From positions 1,634,228-1,698,227 of the forward strand of contig OZ253548.1 in assembly GCA_965262595.1 (NCBI GenBank): 64,000 bases of DNA, written 5' to 3'. Of the stretch, positions 9,664-18,649 are shown one piece after another. The stretch's first letter is position 1, and each line of letters starts with the position of its first letter. Origin of the DNA: Dehalococcoidia bacterium (lineage in GTDB: Bacteria; Chloroflexota; Dehalococcoidia; Lucifugimonadales; UBA3495). A program made the position numbers and the translations under genes. The notes beneath the pieces were generated by a model, which saw only the letters and a program-made list of their open reading frames with translations, had not been told where the DNA came from and did not search any database.

Positions 9664-10108
9664 GCCGGACTACCCTGGAATCGGCATGACTCCCTGATTC
9701 GGGTTGAGTATCGGTCAGCGCCCAGAGCATTCGCACTTGGCACACTGTGCCCCGAATTGGTCCAATTGACTCCTGACCCGCTATTGTCATTCCGGAGAAA
9801 TCCGGAATCCGGGGATTCCTGGGCATAGCTAAACTTTCCTCCGGCAAGACCGGCTGGATTCCGGCCTGCGCCGGAAAGACGATTACCGGAGACTTTGGCC
9901 GCCTAAATGCGTTCGCCCGGGTCAACCCCCAGGGGTCTCTGGATTGTCAAGGGCAACGCGCCCCTGACGAGCCTGTCGGACCATAAACCTGCTCTTCGAC
10001 AAGCTCACAGCGAGCGGGGATACCCCTGAACCGGGATAATCGAAAGACTCTGAGTCAGCGCCGCCCTTTCTTGACACTCCCAAATAGTGGTTATAAGCTG
10101 CGAACTGA

Positions 10109-10183
10109 GGGCTTGTAGCTCAGTGGTAGAGCAACCGGCTCATAACCGGTAGGTCGCTGGTTCGAACCCAGCCGGGCCCACCA
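10109..10183 (+). tRNA. tRNA with CAT anticodon (elongator Met, or Ile2 if lysidine-modified), CCA encoded
   Basis: Hand-folded cloverleaf. Acceptor GGGCTTG/CGGGCCC (two G-U pairs), D stem GCTC/GAGC, anticodon stem ACCGG/CCGGT with loop CTCATAA. Variable loop AGGTC, T arm GCTGG-TTCGAAC-CCAGC, discriminator A, CCA. It lacks the three G-C pairs in the anticodon stem that mark an initiator. Confidence 0.85.
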
Positions 10184-10258
10184 AACGGGACAAAATCAAG
10201 AACCACTACCTTTAGGTTCCGGTTAGCGCTGTAGAACGAAACTTTCCTCGCATCGTCT

Positions 10259-10800
10259 CCGACCAGCGCGGGTGATGATACCTTGGCCTACCGGGAATGG
10301 ACGGTTACCCGAAGGCGAACCGGAAGCTGGAGCAGGAGGACGGTTCAGCATGGCAACTGAAGAAGGGTTTGTTTGCAAGTCGTGCATCGACGCTGTGGTG
10401 GCATCCGCAAAGGTAGCGGGGGAGGACTACGAAAACGCCGATTAGGTACATATGCTCGCCCTCAAGTTCGGGGCCAGAATCTCCGACCACTTCTGTGAGG
10501 ATGATAATGAGAAAGTGGATTGCAATTGCGGTTGCCGGGTTGGAATCTTGCCGTGGGGGGAGTCATTCGGGACGGTGACGGCGAAAGGGGATGTTTGCGA
10601 CTCGTGCCTCGAGGCGGTGTACGAAGCCCCGCTGTCGGTGGGCGAGCAGCACGATGACCTCTTGTCCACATATATGCTGGCCCGCACGAGTGGAGGGAAT
10701 ATCTTCGACCACGAGTGCGCGGCGGAGGATGGGGGAGTTGGATTGCCATTGCGGCTGCCAACGCAACTAGCGAACTGACCAGCTCGGGTTGACTGTGAGG
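10259..10800 (+). repeat. About 222-bp tandem repeat (about 2.4 diverged units) encoding a Cys-rich module
   Basis: Units start near 10259, 10484 and 10706. Conserved blocks include gtttgcaagtcgtgcatcgacgctgtggt versus gtttgcgactcgtgcctcgaggcggtgta, and acatatgctcgcc...ccgaccac versus acatatatgctggcc...tcgaccac. Confidence 0.55.
10452..10778 (+). CDS. Hypothetical Cys-rich repeat protein (possibly a decaying gene)
   Basis: ATG ORF covering repeat unit 2 and part of unit 3 (SDHFCEDDNEKVDCNCGC...GDVCDSCLEAV). Unit 1 carries stops and unit 3 reads VDCHCGC only in another frame. Confidence 0.3.
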   Translation: MLALKFGARISDHFCEDDNEKVDCNCGCRVGILPWGESFGTVTAKGDVCDSCLEAVYEAPLSVGEQHDDLLSTYMLARTSGGNIFDHECAAEDGGVGLPLRLPTQLAN

Positions 10801-10893
10801 TGATTGTCCGGTTGCCGCAGTTCATACGTGGGGGATTTCCCTCCTGTCGGCAATTTCTCTATCCGCGCCGCCGTGGCAGCGCCGGTTCTTTTT

Positions 10894-11223
10894 TCACTCC
10901 TCGATCCACAAGTTGTTTTGAAGAGCGGAATCCTTCACCTGCCAGGCAAGTCCGTAACGGACCGGAACGTCCGAAGATTTAAGCGTAACGGCAATCGTGT
11001 AGGTCTGCCCCACAGCTAACCCGCCGGGCACATAGATGTGCTTGATGTTGTTGCCCGGGTCGTCGTCGTTCAACGCGCCGGTCTGATCAACATCGAACCT
11101 GGTCGGGGTAACAAGCCGGATTGTCTTAAGTGTACGGCTCGACGCGGCGAGTGCAGGAGTCCAGGTTATATGTTCGTAGGCTCTTACTTCACTGAGGGTC
11201 AGGCGCCGCGTCCCGGTATCCAA
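10894..11223 (-). CDS. Hypothetical 109-aa protein downstream of the histidine kinase
   Basis: ORF with a TTG start 10 nt after the kinase stop. No recognisable motif. Confidence 0.35.
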   Translation of the reverse strand: MDTGTRRLTLSEVRAYEHITWTPALAASSRTLKTIRLVTPTRFDVDQTGALNDDDPGNNIKHIYVPGGLAVGQTYTIAVTLKSSDVPVRYGLAWQVKDSALQNNLWIEE

Positions 11224-11233
11224 CGATAGGAGT

Positions 11234-13453
11234 TTAACCGTTGGGGAAGGACTGGTCCGGCGTGGCGGCCACGACTTCCCCGTCCCCTTCCTCGAGTTCC
11301 GGCGCCAACTCTATTGCGGGCGGTTCCAGGGGCAGCTCGATAATCATCTCTGTGAACTGACCGGGTTCCGACTCGACCCGGATTGAACCGCCATGCCCCC
11401 TTACGATGTCGCTGGACATGGCGAGGCCCAGCCCGGTTCCCTGGTCGGGTGGCTTGGTGGTAAAGAAGGGGTTGAATATCTTATCAACGATATCGGCCGG
11501 GATGCCCATGCCGTTGTCTTTGATGCGGACTTCTACGCTGTCTTCGCTGCGCCGGGTGGTGAGAAAAATGGTCGGCTCGTAGGGTTCGGAGTCTCCTTTT
11601 TCGGCAATGGAGCGCCGTTTCTCGTCGGCCGCGTAGCAGGCATTGCTGACCATGTTCAGGAAAACTCGGCCCAAGTCCTGGGGTATGACCTCCACCTCGC
11701 CCATATTCGGGTCGAAGTCCTGTTTCAGGTTGAGCTGAAACTCATTATCGGTAGCCCGGGCGCTATGGTAGGCAAGCCGCGAGTGCTCATCCAGCAGATT
11801 ATTGATGTCAGTAGGCTGCCGCCCGCCGGAGCCGCGACCCATTTGCAGCATATCATGTACGATTCGATCGGCCCGTTCTCCGTGCATCCGAATGCGTTCG
11901 AGATTGCCGCTGAGGTCTTGGGCGATTTCATCGACAAGGTTTCGCTGCTCTTCGCTTAACTGCACTGCTTCCTCGGTGAGGATTTCCTGAAGTTCAGCGA
12001 GCAACTCCCCGGAAGACTCCGAGAAGTTCTTGACGAAATTCAGCGGGTTGCGGATCTCATGGGCCACACCGGCGGTGAGTTCCCCCAGGGCCGCCAGCTT
12101 CTCCTGCGCCACTATTTGGTCCTGGGCATGGCGCAATTGGCCCAGGACGGCTTCCAGCTCGGTGTTCTTTCCCTGCAATTCTTCCGCCAGTTGTTCCACC
12201 AGGTTTAGCCGCTGTATCTCGATCGCGTGAAGTCGGAACACTTCCAGGGCTGCGGCCATTTCGGCAACCTCGTCACGCCCTCCAATATCAACCCTGGCCT
12301 CCAGGTCGCCCCCGGCCATGCGGCGCATCCAGACCGACAATCGCTCCAGGCGGTACAACAAAACCCGTCCGACGAACAGCCAGGCAATTAGCACAGCCCC
12401 CCCGATGCTGATGGCGCTGATCGAGAGCAAGAGCGTCCGTCCGGTCAGGATGGCATCCGCGGAGGCTTGGGTGGCTTCGCCGGCGCTGGCCTCGGCGGTA
12501 CTAACCAAGACGTCAACCTCGGTAACCAGATTGATAGCAATGTCGCGGTTGAGTTCCAACAGGTCCCGCTGCCTTCCGGCGAGACGAAGCTCCCGTTCCA
12601 CCAAATCAAAACCGCTTTGCTCCCCGCCTCCGAGGTCGAACAGGCGAGCCAGTATCGGAGATATTTCGGCGCGCAGTGGGGACTCCTGGAGCGCGGTCAA
12701 GTCTCGTTGGATGCGGCTTTCGGCAGACTCGAAACGCTCCCTGAGGGTTTCCACCAGGGATGCCTCAGACAGAGTCGAAGCGGTCTCCAGCAGATCTAAC
12801 GCGGTATTGGCGTCGGACTGTAGTTCGGCCAGGTAGCGGTACCGGGCAAATTCCTCTTCCGAAAAATGCCTGGAACGTTCCTCCGGCAGCTCTTCAAGAG
12901 AGCGGTAACCGGTCATGGTATAAAAGAGTTGGTCATCAATGGCGGGGACTATGATGTTGTCCAGCCGACTGCGCAATTCCGCCAACTCCGACTCCAGGTC
13001 TTGGCGATCCTGCGCCAGCGCAAACAGCTCGGCCCGGTCGCCCTTAACCGCCTCGATGTTGAAGAACAGACTTTCTGCCTGGGTGCGGATGCGTTCGAAC
13101 CGCGCTATTCCCGTTGCTCCGCGCTCCAGGATCGCCAATTGTTCTTCAAAGGCGGCGTGAGCCCCATCTATGCTGACAGCTACCCGTTCAAACTCCTCCG
13201 CGGTGGTTGCGGAAGTCAGGCGCGGGGCGGCGGCTACCAGAATACCGCTATACTGGGCAACTCCGAAGGCGGCGGCCAACTCGGGTACGCTGCCTTCATT
13301 TACCCGACTCTGGGCTTCGCCCACGCTGTTGAAGGAAAACCAGCCGACCAGGCAGGCGGCGATGGTCAGCAGTACCGCCCCTCCCATACCAACATAGAGC
13401 TGGGTCGAGATGAGAAATCGTCGTTCCAGCAGACTTCGGAACCGGGCCTTCAC
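11234..13453 (-). CDS. Sensor histidine kinase (TM - long helical sensor region - TM - HAMP - HisKA - HATPase)
   Basis: HAMP segment GGDLEARVDIGGRDEVAEMAAALEVF, H-box AHEIRNPLNF, ATPase boxes DNGMGI and GTGLGLAMS. The GTG start overlaps the upstream stop (GTGA). Confidence 0.85.
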   Translation of the reverse strand: MKARFRSLLERRFLISTQLYVGMGGAVLLTIAACLVGWFSFNSVGEAQSRVNEGSVPELAAAFGVAQYSGILVAAAPRLTSATTAEEFERVAVSIDGAHAAFEEQLAILERGATGIARFERIRTQAESLFFNIEAVKGDRAELFALAQDRQDLESELAELRSRLDNIIVPAIDDQLFYTMTGYRSLEELPEERSRHFSEEEFARYRYLAELQSDANTALDLLETASTLSEASLVETLRERFESAESRIQRDLTALQESPLRAEISPILARLFDLGGGEQSGFDLVERELRLAGRQRDLLELNRDIAINLVTEVDVLVSTAEASAGEATQASADAILTGRTLLLSISAISIGGAVLIAWLFVGRVLLYRLERLSVWMRRMAGGDLEARVDIGGRDEVAEMAAALEVFRLHAIEIQRLNLVEQLAEELQGKNTELEAVLGQLRHAQDQIVAQEKLAALGELTAGVAHEIRNPLNFVKNFSESSGELLAELQEILTEEAVQLSEEQRNLVDEIAQDLSGNLERIRMHGERADRIVHDMLQMGRGSGGRQPTDINNLLDEHSRLAYHSARATDNEFQLNLKQDFDPNMGEVEVIPQDLGRVFLNMVSNACYAADEKRRSIAEKGDSEPYEPTIFLTTRRSEDSVEVRIKDNGMGIPADIVDKIFNPFFTTKPPDQGTGLGLAMSSDIVRGHGGSIRVESEPGQFTEMIIELPLEPPAIELAPELEEGDGEVVAATPDQSFPNG

Positions 13454-14808
13454 GGGTTAACACTCTGTAGCTCATCAATGGGGCGGTAACGGCCGTCGGG
13501 GCCAATCACGGTCAGGAAGACCGCGTCGGAACCCTGATTATCTCCTTCCCCGTAGCGGAGTTCGAACCCTTCAATGTCGATAGTCCCGGCGAGTCGCAGA
13601 CCTTCCAGGAAGCAGGCGCGGGTGACTTGCGGGCCGCAGCTTTCAAGACCCGCTATGGCCAGACGTCCGGCCAGGTAGCCTTCAAGGGAGACAAAGCCGG
13701 GGACGGCCTCGGGGGCGTAGGCGGACAGGGCGCGGCGGTAAGCTGCAACCACCGGCAGGGAACTGTCCGTCGGGAAGGGGACTACCTGGGTAACATAGAC
13801 TCCGGCTCCGTCCGGCCCAAGTTCTTCCGCCAACGCGTTGCTCCCCACAAAGGAGACGGTCATGAAAACCGGGTCCAAGCCCGTGTGTCGCGACCATTGA
13901 ATCAGGGCCGCCACCGGCTCGTATGCCCCAATCATTATGACTGCCTCCGGACTGCCCCGGCGCAGGTCCAGCAGCGCCGCCTTGACCGCCGTGGTATTGC
14001 GCGGATATAGCCCAACCGACACCGGCGCCAGGTTGCGCCGCTCCAACGCCCGCAAGGCTCCGGAGTAACCGGCGCGGCCGTAGGAATCGTCTTGATACAT
14101 CACGGCGATGCGATCAATGCCCAGGTCGGTGGTCAAACTGGCGACCATCTCCTCCGTTTCCTGGTTGTAGGAGGCGCGCAGGTTCACGATATTGCTCCAC
14201 TGGGAATCGCGCAGGAAGGCGGCGCCGGTAAAGGGTGCAATGTAGGGAATGCCGGCCTCCGCGGCTACCGGCGCGACGGAACGGGAGGTGGGAGTGCCCA
14301 CTTCACCAATTAGCGCAAATACCCTTTCGGCTTCAATCAAGTGCAGGGTGTTGGTGACCGCAGCTTCCGGTTCGTAGGCATCATCCAGAGTTACCAGCTC
14401 CAACTGCCGCCCGTGGACACCGCCCCGAAGGTTAGCCTCCTGAAAGGCCGTCAGAATGCCCAGCTTCATATTTGCGCCGAGGTCTTGAGCCGGGCCGCTG
14501 AAGGCCGCGGATTGACCGAAGAGAATCCGCCGGTCGGAGACCCCCGGCCGGCCGGAGACCCCAGGCTCATCCGGGATCAGGGAGGCCGCTTCCGGGGCGC
14601 CCACGACCCCTCCACTTCCGTCCTCATTCCCGTTCCCGCTCCCGTTCCCGTTCCCATTCCCATTCCAGTTCCCGCTCCCGTTCCCGCCAACGGGGACAAT
14701 TACGGGATCAGATTGGGCGAAGGAGCAGCCGAGCAGAATAGCAGATAAGGCAATAGCGCCAATCCCCAACACCGACGGCAGCGCCTGCAGACGGAGCCTC
14801 ATCTTCAC
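13450..14808 (-). CDS. Lipoprotein-type periplasmic substrate-binding protein (Leu/Ile/Val-binding-like fold)
   Basis: Signal plus lipobox (AILLGCSF), an Asn/Gly/Ser linker, then a type-1 binding-protein pattern (FGQSAAFSGPA...GGVHGRQLELVTLDD...). Translationally coupled to the kinase. Confidence 0.75.
   Translation of the reverse strand: MKMRLRLQALPSVLGIGAIALSAILLGCSFAQSDPVIVPVGGNGSGNWNGNGNGNGSGNGNEDGSGGVVGAPEAASLIPDEPGVSGRPGVSDRRILFGQSAAFSGPAQDLGANMKLGILTAFQEANLRGGVHGRQLELVTLDDAYEPEAAVTNTLHLIEAERVFALIGEVGTPTSRSVAPVAAEAGIPYIAPFTGAAFLRDSQWSNIVNLRASYNQETEEMVASLTTDLGIDRIAVMYQDDSYGRAGYSGALRALERRNLAPVSVGLYPRNTTAVKAALLDLRRGSPEAVIMIGAYEPVAALIQWSRHTGLDPVFMTVSFVGSNALAEELGPDGAGVYVTQVVPFPTDSSLPVVAAYRRALSAYAPEAVPGFVSLEGYLAGRLAIAGLESCGPQVTRACFLEGLRLAGTIDIEGFELRYGEGDNQGSDAVFLTVIGPDGRYRPIDELQSVNP
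14625..14690. repeat. Hexanucleotide-type low-complexity repeat encoding the (N/G/S) linker of the binding protein
   Basis: Run of cgttcc/cattcc/cgctcc hexamers on the + strand, encoding GNGSGNWNGNGNGNGSGNGN. Confidence 0.8.
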
Positions 14809-15224
14809 TCCGCCAAGTTAATTTCCAGCGTTAAACGGTTCTGGTCTCCGGTCCGCCGATAGTGCATCCGGTCCACCATGCTGCGCACCAGATATATACC
14901 CAGCCCGCCGACGGGACGGTCATCAAGGGAAGATTCCAGGTCGGGTATCGGAGCATCATTCAATGGATCAAAAGGCCGACCGTCATCTAACACCTCGACT
15001 TTAAGCGTGTCCGGCTCCGAGGTCAGGACGATCTCGAACTCGTGGAGGCCGTCATCGTATCCATTGTTCATTATGTTGATCCCCAGTTCCTCAAGCACCA
15101 GGGTCACCTTGAAGATGAAATTGGCAGGCCAATTCTGCTGCTCACCGAAGGCTTTTACGGCGGCGGAGATGCGCTCCAACTCAGCGACTCTGGTTTCAAC
15201 CTTCAGGCTAAGTTCAGCGCTCAA
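14805..15224 (-). CDS. Anti-sigma regulatory factor / Ser protein kinase (RsbW/SpoIIAB-like)
   Basis: Small HATPase_c_2-type protein: N box region ELGINIMNNGY, DDGRPFDP, GGLGIYLVRSMVD. The TTG start overlaps the upstream stop. Confidence 0.75.
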   Translation of the reverse strand: MSAELSLKVETRVAELERISAAVKAFGEQQNWPANFIFKVTLVLEELGINIMNNGYDDGLHEFEIVLTSEPDTLKVEVLDDGRPFDPLNDAPIPDLESSLDDRPVGGLGIYLVRSMVDRMHYRRTGDQNRLTLEINLAE

Positions 15225-16390
15225 AGGGGCATACTGCTCCGACGGAGGGTCAGGCAGGTAATATCGTCGGACTGGGGCGCGCCGGCGGCGAAAGCGTTTA
15301 CGGCGTCGAAAATGGCCCGGTTAGCCTCCTGAGCGTCGCCGGTACGTTCATCCGCAAAAATCTTTTTCAAGCGTTCGACACCGAATTGGTCGCCTTGCCC
15401 GTTCATCGCCTCGGTGACACCATCAGTGTAGAGAATTACGGTGTCGCCGGGGGAAACGGTTATCGTATTCTGCCGGTATTGGAGGTCAGGTACTACTCCA
15501 AGGGCTATTCCGTCAGTCCGGGGAAGCAAAGACGATGATCCATCGGCGTGGACCAGGAGGGGGCTGTCATGACCGCCATTGGCGTACCGGAACTCTCCGC
15601 TGGCCGGGTCGTACACCGCATATAGCAGCGTCACGAACATGCCCGCCTCGTTGTCATCTTCCAGCAGGCTGTTAATCTCCTGCAACACTTCCCCCGGCTC
15701 GCTTCTGCCGATGACCGCACCCTTCAGCAAGGTGCGGGTGGACATCATAAACAGGGCGGCGGGTACGCCTTTGTCCGAAACGTCGGCAATAGCAAGCCCA
15801 ATGCGACCGTTCGCCAAATGCATTACATCGAAGAAGTCGCCCCCGACGTTGCGCGCCGGCTCCATGCTGCCAAAGGTCTGAAAGTCATTGCTCCCGGGGA
15901 AATTGGTGGGAAGAATTGACTGCTGCATCCGGCTGGCCACTTCAAGGTCGTTTTCCAGAATAACCAGCCGGTCCCGGGCCGAGAGGGCTTCTCGCCAATC
16001 AACGAGATGGCGCAGCGTCCGCTCGATAGTAATCTGTAAGTCCTCGAAGTCCAGGGGTTTGGTGACAAAGTCAAAGGCGCCGCGGTTCATTGCGGTGCGG
16101 ATATTCTTCATATCACCATAGGCGGAAATAATCACCGCACGCAGATTCGGGTTGACTTTGGGTATCTGTTCCAGGAGGGTAAGACCGTCCATTTGGGGCA
16201 TATTGATATCGGATAGCACCATATCAATGTCCCGGTCCTGACTCAACTGCTCCAGGGCTTCCACCCCGTTTCGGGCGAACACGAACGAATAATGCCCCGA
16301 CCGAATGCTGCGCCGCATACGCTGCAAAATGAGCGGTTCCAAATCCGGCTCATCGTCAACCACAAGGATTCTGTAACACCGCTCAATCAA
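15221..16390 (-). CDS. Response-regulator receiver fused to a PP2C (SpoIIE/RsbU-type) phosphatase
   Basis: Receiver ILVVDDEPDLE...DMVLSDINMP...K. PP2C part GGDFFDV...GLAIADVSDKG...YTDGVTEA. Start placed at TTG 16390 (GGGGAG 7 nt upstream). The track ORF extends to 16570 with no receiver-like sequence. Confidence 0.8.
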   Translation of the reverse strand: MIERCYRILVVDDEPDLEPLILQRMRRSIRSGHYSFVFARNGVEALEQLSQDRDIDMVLSDINMPQMDGLTLLEQIPKVNPNLRAVIISAYGDMKNIRTAMNRGAFDFVTKPLDFEDLQITIERTLRHLVDWREALSARDRLVILENDLEVASRMQQSILPTNFPGSNDFQTFGSMEPARNVGGDFFDVMHLANGRIGLAIADVSDKGVPAALFMMSTRTLLKGAVIGRSEPGEVLQEINSLLEDDNEAGMFVTLLYAVYDPASGEFRYANGGHDSPLLVHADGSSSLLPRTDGIALGVVPDLQYRQNTITVSPGDTVILYTDGVTEAMNGQGDQFGVERLKKIFADERTGDAQEANRAIFDAVNAFAAGAPQSDDITCLTLRRSSMPL

Positions 16391-16616
16391 GTCAAACTCC
16401 CCAATTTCAAGTAGGGCATATTTTGGCTTTGCCCATAAAAAGGCATTTGCGATAGATTCTTCCGACCGCGTTATCCGGACCGGTCGCAGAAAGGAGATGA
16501 TTTTGCCGAAGCCGCCGCTCCCGAACACATCTCCTATGAGAGTATGAGAGCCGAAAAGCGCAGGCCCCAATTAAAGGACATCAGCCACTGACTATCACCT
16601 GCCGGCCTCGACCGGA

Positions 16617-16955
16617 CTAGTCTTTGAAAGAGGCAACGGCCTCGGACCGGGAGGCATGAATGGAGATGATTTTGTCGAAGCCGCTAATCTCGAATACCTC
16701 GCGTATTGGGTCGGAGAGGGAGCAGACCACAAGTTTCGCGTCCTGTCTTTGCAGCGCTTTGGCAGTCAGTAAAATGACCCTCAGCCCGGCGCTGCTGATA
16801 TAGGAAAGTTCGTAGAGGTCTAAAACCATCCAATGAACGCTATCGTCGATGGCCGCAGTCAAGGCGTCCTGAAATTGGCGGGCGTTAGCGCCGTCAACTC
16901 GATCACTAACCTTGGCGATTAACGTTCCGTTCTCCAGTTCCGTGTTAACGTCCAT
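16617..16955 (-). CDS. STAS-domain anti-sigma-factor antagonist (RsbV/SpoIIAA-like)
   Basis: ATG is preceded by GGAAGGAG. The conserved phospho-serine context DLYELSYISSAGLRVILL is present. Confidence 0.85.
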   Translation of the reverse strand: MDVNTELENGTLIAKVSDRVDGANARQFQDALTAAIDDSVHWMVLDLYELSYISSAGLRVILLTAKALQRQDAKLVVCSLSDPIREVFEISGFDKIISIHASRSEAVASFKD

Positions 16956-17606
16956 TGGGCATCTCCTTCCTGCGCGTATCTCATCAATTTCAAATGGTTG
17001 ACTTGCACGTCAACTAACCGGGAACCAAATGCGACCCAAATAAGGTTCGGCCTGGATAAGAAACGTTCCTCTCTGGACCATTTAGTTTTCGGTGCGGAGG
17101 CCTCTGACAAAGCGACAATTTGTCGAATCAAGGTGCGCCAAAGGAGTGACCAACGGATTGGGCCAGGGCCGCGGGTCCTAAATGAGCGGGGCCAAATTAG
17201 TGGCAGCCGTCGCCGGAAGTATCACCAAAACTTCACGCGCCTCTCCCATGCCGCCCGGATGCTGCGGATAGCGCCGGAAGCGTAAACCCAAATACGCGGC
17301 ACCGTAAGGGTGAGGCGTCCAAAAACCTTAATTTTGAAGGATATCGACGCCGTTTTCAGGAGTTATCGGCCTACGGCGCAATGATAGCACCCCCTAATTT
17401 GGAGGTCAACAAGGGAGTCCGTCCCCGGTTGGGGAATCAGTTCCACGGGTAATGAAGGCATCGACCGACGGACTGAGCCTATTATAACGGCGTTATCCAC
17501 CTTCTCTCGCCGATTCGACAACCCCCCGGCGCTCAAATAACCCCGCCTTACAACACAACCTACTCTGCAGCATTGACCGGGTGCAGCGCTTCCAATAGAC
17601 TGGCTT

Positions 17607-17696
17607 GAAACCGGGCTGCGGCCCCCGGCCGTTCCCAGGACGCCACCCTCTCAAGGTGGTGACGTGGGAACCGGGCTGCGGCCCCCCGGCCGTTCC
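17607..17696 (+). repeat. Two copies of a 29-30 nt hairpin-forming direct repeat in the leader of the DUF502 gene
   Basis: gaaaccgggctgcggcccccggccgttcc (17607-17635) and ggaaccgggctgcggccccccggccgttcc (17667-17696). A ccacc-ctctcaa-ggtgg hairpin lies between them. Confidence 0.6.
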
Positions 17697-17774
17697 TCCA
17701 AGCGCAACGCAGAAAGCAAACCGCCAACGATGTGGTCGGCGAATGTCGTCCATATCAGGCAAGGAGATGGGTGT

Positions 17775-18494
17775 ATGTCGGGTAATCAACGCAGGCAGCA
17801 AACGGCAGCCGGACCGAAGCAAGGTAACGTCTTGTCCCGGATTGAGGGCCACTTCCAGGGCAAAACCCTGGCCGGATTTCTGGAAGTAGTGCCAATCCTG
17901 ACAACGATTATTGTCCTGCTCTTCCTGTTTAGTCACGCCGACAGCCTGATCAGGCCAATGCCCTTCGTATCCGGCCAGCCCTGGGACTTCCCCGGGATCG
18001 GGATAGTAGTATTGGTCGTCGCCTTCTATCTTATTGGGCTCCTGATTTCCAGACATTACGGCCGCCGATTGCTGTCGGGGCTAAGCGCAATTCTCCTGCA
18101 TGTCCCCTTGGTCAAGGTTATATTCGGGGTTACGCAGCAGGCGACCGCGGCCCTCGGTTCGCAGTACAATTTCAGCCGCGTTGTCTTCCTGGAGTGGCCG
18201 CGAGACGGAATGGTCGCCATGGGCTTCGTCACCGGTCGGGTTTACTCCCAAGAACGGACGGAATCAATGGTGAGCGTGTACATCCCAACCGTACCCAACC
18301 CAACCTCGGGGAATCTGGCCTTTGTGCTGGAAGACGATGTTGTGGAAACCGACCTGACCGTTGAGGACGCGATGAAGGTCGTATTTTCCGGGGGAATAGT
18401 CCTCCCGGAAGTCATTACCTTTGCCCGCGTGCCCCGAGAACCCGGCGAGTCCCGGACAAATTTGGTTGGCCGATTCGAGACCGAGCGCAACTAG
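17775..18494 (+). CDS. DUF502-family membrane protein
   Basis: ATG 17775 with AAGGAG 8 nt upstream. Two TM helices, then the family core VVFLEWPRDGMVAMGFVTG...VYIPTVPNPTSGNLAFV...VEDAMKVVFSGG. Confidence 0.85.
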   Translation: MSGNQRRQQTAAGPKQGNVLSRIEGHFQGKTLAGFLEVVPILTTIIVLLFLFSHADSLIRPMPFVSGQPWDFPGIGIVVLVVAFYLIGLLISRHYGRRLLSGLSAILLHVPLVKVIFGVTQQATAALGSQYNFSRVVFLEWPRDGMVAMGFVTGRVYSQERTESMVSVYIPTVPNPTSGNLAFVLEDDVVETDLTVEDAMKVVFSGGIVLPEVITFARVPREPGESRTNLVGRFETERN

Positions 18495-18649
18495 CCTGGA
18501 AATAATTGCCCAACCTTACTCCGACTGCCGGATACTGGGCTGGACATCGGATTCCAGGCGCCGACGCCTGCTACTGACGCCCACTACTGACGCCTGGGAA
18601 CGGTCCGCCGCCAGCAGGTTAGTCGCTAATAGGTCAGCCCAGCGGCAAG

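Noticed and set aside
9545-9925. ORF 9545..9925 (-), 126 aa, containing FPAQAGIQ.
   Set aside because: The translation is typical of REP-type hairpin DNA (ggaatcc/ggattcc repeats). It has no RBS and lies in the tRNA upstream spacer.
10190-11233. An integrated prophage or island at the tRNA-Met 3' side.
   Set aside because: There is no integrase, no phage genes and no direct repeat of the tRNA 3' end in the window. Only the Cys-rich tandem repeat and one small hypothetical ORF are present.
16998-17285. ORF 16998..17285 (+), and the palindrome GTTGACTTGCACGTCAAC (16997-17014) upstream of the STAS gene.
   Set aside because: The ORF has no RBS or motif and lies in a lower-GC spacer. The palindrome may be an operator or -35 element, but I could not pair it with a convincing -10, so it is not reported as a feature.
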